From Bacillota bacterium (lineage in GTDB: Bacteria > Bacillota > Clostridia > Christensenellales > CAG-138): a stretch of 64,000 nucleotides of DNA. Every line of letters starts with the position of its first letter. Within the stretch, counting starts at the first letter, position 1. The notes under the pieces are model-generated. The model was not told where the DNA came from and did no database searches. It worked only from the letters and a program-made list of their open reading frames with translations. Of this stretch, positions 1 to 8,446 are shown piece after piece. A program made the translations under genes and the position numbers. The stretch is from positions 23,990-87,989 of the forward strand of contig JAEESS010000003.1 in assembly GCA_016286445.1 (NCBI GenBank), given 5' to 3'.

Positions 1-1051
1 CGCCACGATGCCCGTTGAGGTGCTCGAAGAGATCCGTGACGAAATGCTGAATTACAAGGGCAGCGGCATGTGCGTCATGGAGATGTCGCACCGCAGCAAG
101 GTATTCCAGCAGATCATCGACGAGGCGGAAGCAGATCTCCGCACGCTGATGGGCATTCCGGATAACTACAAGGTCCTGTTCATCCAGGGCGGCGCAACGC
201 TTGAGTTCGCCATGATCCCGTTGAACCTCTGCAAGAACGGCGTGTTCGATTACATCGTCACCGGCAACTGGTCCAAGAAGGCGGCGGCGGAAGCCAAGAA
301 GTACGGCAAGGTCAACGTCATCGCGTCCAGCGAGGACAAGAACTACAGCTACATTCCGGACTGCTCCGATCTGCCGATCGACGACGACGCGGACTATGTT
401 TACATCTGCGAGAACGAAACGATCCACGGCACGACCTATCCGAAGCTGCCGAACACCAAGGGCAAGATCCTCGTCTCCGACCAGAGCTCGATGTTCCTTT
501 CTAAGCCCTGCAACGTGTCCGACTACGGTTTGATCTACGGCGGCGTTCAGAAGAACGTCGGTCCCGCGGGCCTCGCGATCGTCATCATCCGCGAAGACCT
601 CATCCGGGAAGACATCGATCCCAAAGTCCCGGTCTATCTGCGCTTCGATACGCATGCAAACAACGGCTCCATGTACAACACGCCGAACTGCTGGGCGATC
701 TACGTCTGCGGCAAGGTCTTCAAGTACCTGCTCCGTACCGGCGGGCTTGAAGCGATGGCAAAGCGCAACGAGGAAAAGGCGAAGGTCATGTACGACTTCC
801 TCGATTCCTCCAAGCTGTTCCACGGCACCGTTGTGAAGGAGGATCGTTCGCTCATGAACATCCCGTTCGTCACCGGCGACAAGGACAAGGACGCGGCAGT
901 CGTTGCGGCGACCAAGGCGGCGGGCTTCGACAACCTCAAGGGTCACAAGAGCGTCGGCGGTCTCCGTGCTTCCGTCTACAACGCCATGCCGAAAGAGGGC
1001 GTGGAAGCATTGGTCGAGTTCCTCAAAAAGTACGAAGCGGAAAACGCATAA
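1..1051 (+). CDS. serC: Phosphoserine aminotransferase, 5' end cut by the window edge (reading frame starts at nt 2)
   Basis: The translation (..ATMPVEVLEEIRDEMLNYKGSGMCVMEMSHRSKVF..FIQGGATLEF..) matches the SerC family over its full length. The frame stays open to nt 2, so the true start is upstream. serA lies directly downstream. Confidence 0.9.
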   Translation, partial: ATMPVEVLEEIRDEMLNYKGSGMCVMEMSHRSKVFQQIIDEAEADLRTLMGIPDNYKVLFIQGGATLEFAMIPLNLCKNGVFDYIVTGNWSKKAAAEAKKYGKVNVIASSEDKNYSYIPDCSDLPIDDDADYVYICENETIHGTTYPKLPNTKGKILVSDQSSMFLSKPCNVSDYGLIYGGVQKNVGPAGLAIVIIREDLIREDIDPKVPVYLRFDTHANNGSMYNTPNCWAIYVCGKVFKYLLRTGGLEAMAKRNEEKAKVMYDFLDSSKLFHGTVVKEDRSLMNIPFVTGDKDKDAAVVAATKAAGFDNLKGHKSVGGLRASVYNAMPKEGVEALVEFLKKYEAENA

Positions 1052-1061
1052 GGAGGCATTT

Positions 1062-1982
1062 ATGATTCGTATTCTGGCATCTGACGGTATGGACAAGAGC
1101 GCGATCGCCGCGCTCGAAGCAAAGGGCTGCGAGGTCGTTTCCCAGTTCTATGAGCCGGAAGACCTCAAGAAAGAGCTTGCAAACTACGACGTCATCGTCG
1201 TCCGTTCGGCAACGAAGGTCCGTGAGCCGATCATCGACGCGGCGGTCGAAGCGGGTCGTCTCAAGATGATCATCCGCGGCGGCGTCGGCGTGGACAACAT
1301 CGACGTGAAGTATGCGGAGAGCAAGGGTCTGATCGTGAAGAACACCCCGCGCGCTTCCTCCCAGTCGGTCGCAGAGCTCGCCATGGGTCATATGTTTGCG
1401 TGCGCGCGCTTCCTGTCCATCGCAGGCTACACCATGCGCAACGACAAGTGGGAAAAGAAAGCCTACGCAAAGGGCATCGAGCTTCAGGGAAAGACGCTCG
1501 GCATCATGGGATTCGGCAGAATTGGTCAGGCGCTCGGCAAGATGGCGAAGGCGATCGGCATGAAGGTCATTGCGTACGATATCTTCCACATCCCGGGCAT
1601 CGAGGAAGAACTCGGCATTCCGTACGTCGAGATGGACGAGCTTCTCAAAGAGGCTGATTTCGTCAGCGTCCATGCGCCGGCAGTCGACGGCGGTGCGCTG
1701 ATCAACGCGGAAACGATCGCGAAGATGAAGGACGGCGTCGTCATCATCAACACGAGCCGCGGCACGAACGTCGACGAGGATGCGCTCCTTGCGGCGCTCG
1801 AATCCGGCAAGGTCCGCGCGGCGGGTCTGGACGTCTGGGCGGTCGAGCCGGCGAACAACCACGCGCTGTACAGCCATCCGATGGTCTCCTGCACGCCGCA
1901 CATCGGCGCGACCACGGTCGAAGCGCAGAAGCGCATCGGCGCCGAGATCGTCGATCTCATCAGCAAGCAGTTCAATCTGTAA
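1062..1982 (+). CDS. serA: D-3-phosphoglycerate dehydrogenase, short form of 306 aa without an ACT domain
   Basis: AGGAGG at 1051-1056 precedes the ATG at 1062. It has a 2-hydroxyacid dehydrogenase fold with the NAD motif GIMGFGRIGQALG. The track ORF starting at 903 is an upstream extension that overlaps serC. Confidence 0.88.
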   Translation: MIRILASDGMDKSAIAALEAKGCEVVSQFYEPEDLKKELANYDVIVVRSATKVREPIIDAAVEAGRLKMIIRGGVGVDNIDVKYAESKGLIVKNTPRASSQSVAELAMGHMFACARFLSIAGYTMRNDKWEKKAYAKGIELQGKTLGIMGFGRIGQALGKMAKAIGMKVIAYDIFHIPGIEEELGIPYVEMDELLKEADFVSVHAPAVDGGALINAETIAKMKDGVVIINTSRGTNVDEDALLAALESGKVRAAGLDVWAVEPANNHALYSHPMVSCTPHIGATTVEAQKRIGAEIVDLISKQFNL

Positions 1983-1993
1983 TTTGTACAAAC

Positions 1994-2028
1994 AAAAAGG
2001 AGATGCAGTTCGGATGCATCTCCTTTTT
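1994..2028 (+). terminator. Rho-independent terminator after serA
   Basis: AAAAAGGAGATGCA (1994-2007) pairs with TGCATCTCCTTTTT (2015-2028), and the 3' arm ends in a T run. Confidence 0.8.
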
Positions 2029-2099
2029 CATTTGCGGGAAACGCCGCTGCGCGCGAAAAACGCGCGTGATTTCCATGCGGCAGCGTTTCCGGGATCCCG

Positions 2100-2132
2100 A
2101 AAAAAACGCCCTGCGGCGATGTCGCAGGGCGT
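2100..2132 (-). terminator. Rho-independent terminator of the minus-strand SGNH lipoprotein gene
   Basis: ACGCCCTGCG (2106-2115) pairs with CGCAGGGCGT (2123-2132). The A run at 2100-2106 reads as a U run on the minus strand. Confidence 0.75.
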
Positions 2133-2146
2133 CTCGGTACGAAAGC

Positions 2147-3067
2147 TTACGGTTCGGGCAGAAGCGTCTCTGCACCGGGACACATCTGCTGCGCAGCATA
2201 GAGCCTGAGCGCGCGGACCCAGATCAATTCGCCCTTTTTGGTCAGATGGTACTGCTGATCATAGCATAGATCCTCGCGAAGATATCCGTTCCCGTCCTTC
2301 AGCATGTCCGAAAAATCCAGGAGCTCTGCATCGTGATCGCGACAGACTTCGGACAGCACCGTCCCGTTAAAACTGTTGTAGACGTCGATCGGCATTCCCT
2401 TCAGCTCGCAATACGGACGCATGATCGGCGGAATGCTCTGCATGACGATTTCAACGCCGGGGCATTTTTCATGGATCGTGTCGATCAGCTGCGCAAACTG
2501 TGCGCCGACCATGTCCCAGGGACGGTCGGTAATGTCGTTTGATCCGAGCATGATAAAGACACGCTTCGGCGCACAGATGTTGATCAGTTCGGTGACGGAA
2601 ACAGGTTTTCCGGCATACCGGAAGGAGCGGCCGGACGGCGACGCCTCGTCACGGCACGCGATCGAAACATTCATGCCTCGCACGCCGAACAGCTTTGCCG
2701 TTCCGAGCGTGCAGGCATCGGTTTCCCGCAGGGAGCGGATAAAGCCGGAAAAAGCCTCGGTGATCGAATCGCCGAGAAACAGCGTGTCGTCAAAATAGCT
2801 GTCAAATTCGCCGGAATCCAGGCGTTCTTCCGTAATCGGCTCCGGCGTCGGAGAGGGCGTCGGTTCGGGTGAAGGGGAGAGCGTCGGCGTCGGGCTTGCG
2901 GTCGGTTCGGACGTTGGGACCGGCGTCTTGGCAGGCTCCGGCGTCGGCACGGGTGATTCCGGCGCTGCAGACGGCGCCGCATCCGAAGACGGTTCCGGCA
3001 AAACAGAACAGCCCGCGCAAAGAATCAGCGCGAGCAGAATACAGAGAAACGGTTTCAGCCGAAGCAT
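2147..3067 (-). CDS. SGNH/GDSL-family hydrolase lipoprotein with a Pro/Thr-rich linker
   Basis: It has a signal peptide with the lipobox LILCAGC, followed by a PEPTPSPTPEP linker. GDS block FLGDSITEAF and block III MLGSNDI are present. Confidence 0.7.
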   Translation of the reverse strand: MLRLKPFLCILLALILCAGCSVLPEPSSDAAPSAAPESPVPTPEPAKTPVPTSEPTASPTPTLSPSPEPTPSPTPEPITEERLDSGEFDSYFDDTLFLGDSITEAFSGFIRSLRETDACTLGTAKLFGVRGMNVSIACRDEASPSGRSFRYAGKPVSVTELINICAPKRVFIMLGSNDITDRPWDMVGAQFAQLIDTIHEKCPGVEIVMQSIPPIMRPYCELKGMPIDVYNSFNGTVLSEVCRDHDAELLDFSDMLKDGNGYLREDLCYDQQYHLTKKGELIWVRALRLYAAQQMCPGAETLLPEP

Positions 3068-3179
3068 GGACGACTCCTGTCAGAATGGTTTTGCTGCATT
3101 ATAGCAAAAACGACAAATACCGTCAACTGTGCGCACAGATAAAACGCCCCGCCGAAAGGCGGATGCGGGACGCTGCCGT

Positions 3180-4367
3180 TTATTCGATTCCGTACCGCTC
3201 CGGATAGGCAAGGATCTCATCGACGGAAAACGACGCGACCGAAACGATCCGGTTATACCCGAAGCAGCGCCACCGCGCGACGGTGTGGATATAGCCCGCG
3301 CCGATCGGGGTTTCACGAACGATCCTGCCGTCCTCGCGTAAAGAGAACCACTGGTACGGCGATTGATCCGGGTCGTATCCGTCGCGTACAAAGCGGAAGC
3401 GCAGCACCTCCGGCGCGGGATCGTCGGCGTCGGAGAACAGCTCCGTCACACAGGCAAAGCACGGCGCATAGGTCTGCGCAGTCTGATCCTCCGGAACCGA
3501 AACGAGCGCAAGAAAACCCTCAAAGCTTTCCCGCGGCAGCTCGACACGCACGCCGTTCCGTTCAATCAGCAGATGAAAGGAATCGATCTCCTCGGGATGG
3601 GCGGGGCAGGGGTACTGGATCGCAGGCGCCATATAATGCGCCTCGTACAGAAGATAGAGATATGCGACCTGTTCCGGGGTCAGTGTTTCGACGCTGCGAT
3701 AAACAGAACCGTCCGCATCGGTGCGGATCGTCGTGCCGTCCGGCTTAATCCAGTAGGTGCTGACATCGTCGTCGATATAGTACGTCGTTCCGACCACGTC
3801 CCATATCGAGGTGGAGGAACGGCACAGATCGCCCTTCCGCACGGTAAATCGCGGCGTCTGCATATAGAATCTGGCGTCCGGATCGGCTTCGTATTCCCGC
3901 GAGAACAGCAGCGCATCGAGCGCGTTCCATTCCGCTTCGTCGCCGATGCAGCGGCCCAGAAGACAGTTGTCCCAATCGCCGTCGCGATCGTAGGTCATCC
4001 AGACGCTGAGATCGCCCGAAAACCGCGGCGGGTTTGCGCGGCGGTCGACGGTCTGCGGGGTCAACCCGTCAAAGAGCACCGTCCACGCTCGCTCTCCGTC
4101 AAAATCGTTTGCGCCCGTCTCATAGAGCGATACCGCGATCGCATACGCTTCGTCGTTCGGCTCGTCGCCGAGGACGGCGGACGCGTAGGGCAGTGCGGGA
4201 ACCTCGGTCGGTTCGGGCGTCGGTTCGGACGTCGGCACGGCAGTCGGTTCGGGCGTTGCTTCTGCGACGGCGGTCGGTTCGACCGGCGCGGGGACAGCCG
4301 ATTGTTTGCATGCCGTACAAAAAAGGAGGGCGGCAGCAATCATCGGAAATATGACGTATCGAATCAT
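3180..4367 (-). CDS. Lipoprotein of unknown function with a Pro/Thr/Glu linker
   Basis: I place the start at the internal ATG at 4367, which is preceded by AGGAGG on the minus strand. The N-terminus MIRYVIFPMIAAALLFCTAC carries a lipobox. I recognise no catalytic motif. Confidence 0.6.
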   Translation of the reverse strand: MIRYVIFPMIAAALLFCTACKQSAVPAPVEPTAVAEATPEPTAVPTSEPTPEPTEVPALPYASAVLGDEPNDEAYAIAVSLYETGANDFDGERAWTVLFDGLTPQTVDRRANPPRFSGDLSVWMTYDRDGDWDNCLLGRCIGDEAEWNALDALLFSREYEADPDARFYMQTPRFTVRKGDLCRSSTSIWDVVGTTYYIDDDVSTYWIKPDGTTIRTDADGSVYRSVETLTPEQVAYLYLLYEAHYMAPAIQYPCPAHPEEIDSFHLLIERNGVRVELPRESFEGFLALVSVPEDQTAQTYAPCFACVTELFSDADDPAPEVLRFRFVRDGYDPDQSPYQWFSLREDGRIVRETPIGAGYIHTVARWRCFGYNRIVSVASFSVDEILAYPERYGIE

Positions 4368-4407
4368 GGCGTGACCTCCTTTTTTACGGGTTCCGGACGG
4401 TTTGCGG

Positions 4408-5643
4408 TTACCGGATCCTGCCGCTGGCTTCAAGGACTTTGATGTCCGGCTCGCACAGGAACGGCTCGCCAGCGGCGCGGAGAGCGTTATTTACGTCCTT
4501 CAGACCGCTGCCGGTGGAAATGACTGTGACGGTTTCGTTCGGGCGGATTACGCCCTCATGGACGGCTCTTTTGACGCCTGCCGCAGCGGTCACGCCCGCA
4601 GGCTCGCCGAATACGCCCTCGGTTCTGCCCAAAAGCCGCATCGCGGCAAGGATCTCGTCGTCGGTCACGGCGATCCAGCGCCCGCCGCTGTTTTTCACCG
4701 CGCGCAGCGCTTTGCGGGGATTTCTCGGCACGCCCACGGCGATCGAATCCGCAAGCGTGTTTTCCGGCGTCGGAACGAGATCGCGGTCGTTGTTCGCCGC
4801 GTCCACAAACGGGCAGCAGCCGGTGGACTGCACGCCGAGGATCTTCGGGATGCGGTCGATCATGCCCATTTCAAAGAGGTCATGGAAGCCGTTGTAGACG
4901 CCGCCGATCGTGCAGCCGTCACCGACGGACACCGCGACCCAGTCGGTGGGCTCCCAGCAAAGCTGCTCCGCGATCTCCAGCGCGACGGTCTTTTTGCCCT
5001 CGGTCAGGATCGGGTTGATGCCCGCGTTGCGGTTATAGAAGCCCCATTTTTCGATCGCGGCCTTGGATAGCTCAAAGGTCTGGCGGTAGTCGCCTTTCAC
5101 GGAGATGACGTTCGCTCCGAAGATCAGAAGCTGCGCGACCTTGCCCTTCGGCGCGCGCTCCGGCACGAAGATGACCGTTTTCAAGCCCATGCGCGCCGCG
5201 TTGCCCGCACAGGAGGACGCCGCGTTTCCGGTGGAGGAGCAGCAGATCGTGTCATAGCCGAGCTCGAGCGCCTTTGCGACCGCCACGCCGCTTGCGCGGT
5301 CCTTCAAGGACGCGGTCGGGTTGATGCCGTCGTCCTTGATGAAAAGCTTCTTTAAGCCGAGCTCGTCGCCGAGCCGCAGGCTTTCATACAGCGGCGTCCA
5401 ACCGATGCGCAAAAACTTCGACAGGCCTTCGCCGTTCAACGGCATCAGCGCCTTGTAGCGCCACATGCTGTTGTCGCGATCCGCTTTTAAGCTTTCGCGG
5501 TTCAGCTCCTTTTTGACCTCGTCGTAGTCGAACAAAATATCGAGGATGCCCTTCTCGCCGCAGGCGGGGCAGGTCATCAGCTCCGGTCCGTAGGGGTATT
5601 CTTTTCCGCACAGCGTGCAGCGGTAGCCGTATACGCGTCTCAT
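4408..5643 (-). CDS. thrC: Threonine synthase-like PLP-dependent enzyme with an N-terminal Zn-ribbon
   Basis: The ATG at 5643 follows AAGGAG. A CxxC..CxxC ribbon (CTLCGKEY..CPACGEKG) is present, along with the PLP-lysine motif INPTASLKDRAS and the Gly-rich loop STGNAASS. Confidence 0.65.
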   Translation of the reverse strand: MRRVYGYRCTLCGKEYPYGPELMTCPACGEKGILDILFDYDEVKKELNRESLKADRDNSMWRYKALMPLNGEGLSKFLRIGWTPLYESLRLGDELGLKKLFIKDDGINPTASLKDRASGVAVAKALELGYDTICCSSTGNAASSCAGNAARMGLKTVIFVPERAPKGKVAQLLIFGANVISVKGDYRQTFELSKAAIEKWGFYNRNAGINPILTEGKKTVALEIAEQLCWEPTDWVAVSVGDGCTIGGVYNGFHDLFEMGMIDRIPKILGVQSTGCCPFVDAANNDRDLVPTPENTLADSIAVGVPRNPRKALRAVKNSGGRWIAVTDDEILAAMRLLGRTEGVFGEPAGVTAAAGVKRAVHEGVIRPNETVTVISTGSGLKDVNNALRAAGEPFLCEPDIKVLEASGRIR

Positions 5644-5900
5644 ATCCGTCTCCTTTTCGTATCCGATTCTCTGAATGTATCTTACAACGAATCGGAATGC
5701 TTTGCAAGATTCTTCTTTTTCGTGCATCGGCAGGGCTTTGCGGAGGTCAACCGATGAAAAAGACGAAAGAACTCCTGACGGATCTTTTCAGCCTCCCGAT
5801 CGAGTTTTTGAACAGCTCCGATTTTTTCAAAAAAGATGCAGCTTTTTCCGGTTTCGGCGTGTCTGATAATCAGAAAGTGTACAGCGGAAAGCGGAGCTTA

Positions 5901-5929
5901 TTTACAAAACGGGGAGCATGTGATAATAT
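5901..5929 (+). promoter_or_regulatory. Sigma-A-type promoter for the lipoprotein gene at 5976
   Basis: TTTACA (5901-5906), a 17-nt spacer, and an extended -10 TGaTAATAT (5921-5929). Confidence 0.45.
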
Positions 5930-5975
5930 CTTATCTATAAAACACAGTTTGTGACAGGGTTTACAGGAGGTCATT

Positions 5976-6677
5976 ATGAAACGGTTTATTGCATGGATTC
6001 TGGTTTTTGTTTTTGCGATCGGTCTGCTCGGCTGCAGAACAGCGCAGCAAAACGATCGGAAAACGGAAGGAACGACGGATAACACGGCAGACACAGCGGC
6101 AAACGCTGAGCAGGAGCCCGTACAGGACGCTGTCGAAGACGCCGATACGCTGTTTACATTCGGCACCGTGAACGGCGATTCTTATGAAAGTCCGTTTCTC
6201 GGATATGGCGTCAAATTGGAGAATTGGACTTTCGCGGATCAAAAACGGCTTGCGGAGGTCAACAATTGGAACGAACAGTTCTTATCAACCGATGTTCAGG
6301 AGCTTATCAATCAAAGCGAAATGTTTACCGAAATGCTTGCGGAATCGGAAGACGGTACGCAGAATATCAATATTCAGTACCAAAAGAAAGCAATCTATAA
6401 GTCAATAAAAATGGATGCGATGATCGATATGATCATCCCGGAGATGAAGAATACGTTTGAGAAAGCCGGATATACGAATGTTGCCATGGAAAAAACGTCG
6501 GTTACACTGGGCGGGGACGTGTATCCGGGGGTCAACATCACCGGCGAGGTGTACGGCATTTCTGTTTTTCAGAGGCAGATATACATTCAGAAAGGGGAAT
6601 ATGTGGCTTTTATCACGCTGACCTGTTTTGTTGACAATTCGCTCGACAGTCTCGTCGCATGTTTCTATAAGCTTTGA
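5976..6677 (+). CDS. Lipoprotein of unknown function
   Basis: AGGAGG at 5965-5970 precedes the start. The signal peptide carries the lipobox AIGLLGC. I recognise no other domain. Confidence 0.6.
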   Translation: MKRFIAWILVFVFAIGLLGCRTAQQNDRKTEGTTDNTADTAANAEQEPVQDAVEDADTLFTFGTVNGDSYESPFLGYGVKLENWTFADQKRLAEVNNWNEQFLSTDVQELINQSEMFTEMLAESEDGTQNINIQYQKKAIYKSIKMDAMIDMIIPEMKNTFEKAGYTNVAMEKTSVTLGGDVYPGVNITGEVYGISVFQRQIYIQKGEYVAFITLTCFVDNSLDSLVACFYKL

Positions 6678-6695
6678 TATCCGCGCAGCAAAACA

Positions 6696-6724
6696 GGGGG
6701 CTGTCTCATGACAGCCCTCTTTTG
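6696..6724 (+). terminator. Rho-independent terminator
   Basis: GGGCTGTC (6698-6705) pairs with GACAGCCC (6710-6717) around a 4-nt loop, followed by TCTTTTG. Confidence 0.75.
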
Positions 6725-6747
6725 CTGCAGATCATTCAGGTAATTAC

Positions 6748-6848
6748 ATCTATATACTTATATTATCTATATAATTTAGATAGATATAAATTAGATAAAT
6801 ATAATTAGATCGATTTCATTATAAACAGATCAATATCATGATATTGAT
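6748..6848. repeat. AT-rich repeat block with a perfect 20-bp palindrome, upstream of ssnA
   Basis: ATCTATATA occurs twice. The motif AATTAGAT / ATTTAGAT recurs about every 14-16 nt. ATCAATATCATGATATTGAT (6829-6848) is a perfect palindrome. The flanking DNA is GC-rich. Confidence 0.7.
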
Positions 6849-6952
6849 ATACGACGCCGACCCGCAAAATCCTTTTTTTGAATTGTGAAACCTTTCCTGC
6901 TTTTTTCATAATTCGTCAGCGGGAGAACGGGGAAACTTCACCGTTTCACGGC

Positions 6953-6981
6953 TTGCGTTCCTTTGCAAAATCATGTATAAT
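6953..6981 (+). promoter_or_regulatory. Candidate promoter of the ssnA-ygfK-xdhD cluster
   Basis: TTGCGT (6953-6958), a 17-nt spacer, and TATAAT (6976-6981). The RBS GAGGGAG at 7002-7008 lies downstream. Confidence 0.45.
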
Positions 6982-7017
6982 ATATTCATAAATATTACAT
7001 TGAGGGAGTGTGGCTTT

Positions 7018-8346
7018 ATGATCCTGATCGGTAATGGCAGACTGCTGACGAGGAACGGCACGGAATTTTATGAAAACGGCGCGGTTGCGGTCGAGGGACG
7101 CTATGTGAAGGAGGTCGGCGAAACGGCAGCGCTTCGGGCAAAGTACCCGGACGCGGAATGGATCGACGCAAACGGCGGCGTGATCATGCCGGGTCTCATC
7201 AACATGCATAACCACATCTACAGCGCGTTCGCCCGCGGGCTTTCGATCCGCGGCTACAATCCGCATAACTTTAACGACATTTTGGAGGGCATGTGGTGGA
7301 AGATCGACCGCTGTCTCACCAAGGAAAACGATTTCTGGTCCGCAAAGGCGGTCTATGCCGACTGCATCAAAAACGGCGTGACGACCGTGTTCGACCACCA
7401 CGCAAGCTTCTTTGACATCCCCGGATCGCTCGATGAGATCTCCGAAGCCGCAAGGGAGTTCGGCGTGCGCACCTCGCTCTGCTATGAGGTAAGCGACCGC
7501 GACGGCGAGGAGAAGCGCATGCAGTCGATCCTCGAAAACGAGCGCTTCATTCAAAAAGCGGCGGCGGACGACAGCGACATGCAGAAGGGCATGATGGGTC
7601 TGCACGCGGCGTTCACGCTCTCCGACAAGACCTTGGAGGACTGCCTTATTCACGGCGGAAAGGAAGCGGGCTTCCACGTCCACTGCGCCGAGGGACCGGG
7701 GGATCTGCAGGATTCCTTGGACAAGTACGGCAAGCGCATCATCAATCGCTTTTACGACGCGGGCATTCTCGGGAACAAAACGCTTGCGATCCACTGCGTG
7801 CACATCAACAAGGCGGAAATGGAGCTTTTGAAGGCGACCGACACCGCGGTCGTGCACAACCCGGAATCCAACATGGGCAACGCAGTCGGCTGCGGTCCGG
7901 TCATCCATATGAATAAGCTCGGACTGCTTTTAGGTCTCGGCACCGACGGATACACGAACGACATGCTCGAAAGCTACAAGGTCGGCAACATCATCCACAA
8001 GCACCACCTCTGCGATCCGACGGTCGCGTGGGGCGAGATCCCGGATATGCTGTTCAACGGCAATGCGGCGATCGCGGGACGGTATTTCAAGGCGCCTCTG
8101 GGCGTTCTGAAGCCCGGCGCGTACGCGGATATCATCGTGACCGATTACGATCCGCTGACGCCGATGGACGGGAACAACGCAAACTCGCACATCCTCTTCG
8201 GCATGAACGGCAGAAGCGTCGTGACCACGATGTGCAACGGCAAAGTCCTGATGAAGGATCGCGAGCTTTTGGTCTGCGACGAGAAGGAACTCATGGCAAA
8301 GTGCCGCGAGAGCGCAAAGAAGCTCTGGGCGGCGGTGAACGCGTAA
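7018..8346 (+). CDS. ssnA: Amidohydrolase-superfamily protein of SsnA type (putative aminohydrolase)
   Basis: At 442 aa it is the length I recall for E. coli SsnA. The amidohydrolase metal motif PGLINMHNHIY is present. ygfK- and xdhD-type genes follow immediately. The track start at 6973 overlaps the -10 box, so I use 7018. Confidence 0.75.
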   Translation: MILIGNGRLLTRNGTEFYENGAVAVEGRYVKEVGETAALRAKYPDAEWIDANGGVIMPGLINMHNHIYSAFARGLSIRGYNPHNFNDILEGMWWKIDRCLTKENDFWSAKAVYADCIKNGVTTVFDHHASFFDIPGSLDEISEAAREFGVRTSLCYEVSDRDGEEKRMQSILENERFIQKAAADDSDMQKGMMGLHAAFTLSDKTLEDCLIHGGKEAGFHVHCAEGPGDLQDSLDKYGKRIINRFYDAGILGNKTLAIHCVHINKAEMELLKATDTAVVHNPESNMGNAVGCGPVIHMNKLGLLLGLGTDGYTNDMLESYKVGNIIHKHHLCDPTVAWGEIPDMLFNGNAAIAGRYFKAPLGVLKPGAYADIIVTDYDPLTPMDGNNANSHILFGMNGRSVVTTMCNGKVLMKDRELLVCDEKELMAKCRESAKKLWAAVNA

Positions 8347-8400
8347 ACGTAAACTGAAATAATGAATATGGATTTTCCTCCGGAAAATCTTCCTGAATTA

Positions 8401-8428
8401 TTCATTATTCATTATTCATTCTTCATTC
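8401..8428. repeat. Tandem heptamer repeat (TTCATTA/C, four copies) in the ssnA-ygfK spacer
   Basis: The copies are TTCATTA, TTCATTA, TTCATTC and TTCATTC. The upstream segment AATAATGAAT (8358-8367) is complementary to two registers of the repeat. An inner hairpin forms between GATTTTC (8371-8377) and GAAAATC (8383-8389). Confidence 0.7.
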
Positions 8429-8446
8429 ATTTATAAGGAGGTCACT

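Noticed and set aside
903-1061. The upstream extension of the serA ORF (track start at 903), and similar N-terminal extensions at 6973, 16398, 18752, 25286, 28727, 33997, 37094, 40338, 43529, 45687, 47558, 51926 and 58030.
   Set aside because: The extensions overlap the preceding gene or a promoter and lack an RBS. Internal ATG or TTG codons with AGGAGG-like sites begin the recognisable protein, either as a family N-terminus or as a signal peptide.
5644-5900. A T-box or known riboswitch upstream of the thrC-like gene.
   Set aside because: I could not find the T-box consensus (..GGGTGGTACCGCG..) or the core motifs of the SAM, lysine, glycine or TPP riboswitches on the minus strand. The region is kept only as a low-interest unexplained leader.
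6730-6860. The AT-rich block as a replication origin (oriC) or DNA-unwinding element.
   Set aside because: I found no TTATCCACA-type DnaA boxes in or around it, and no dnaA or dnaN gene nearby. It sits between a terminator and a metabolic operon promoter, so an operator or curved-DNA role is more plausible.
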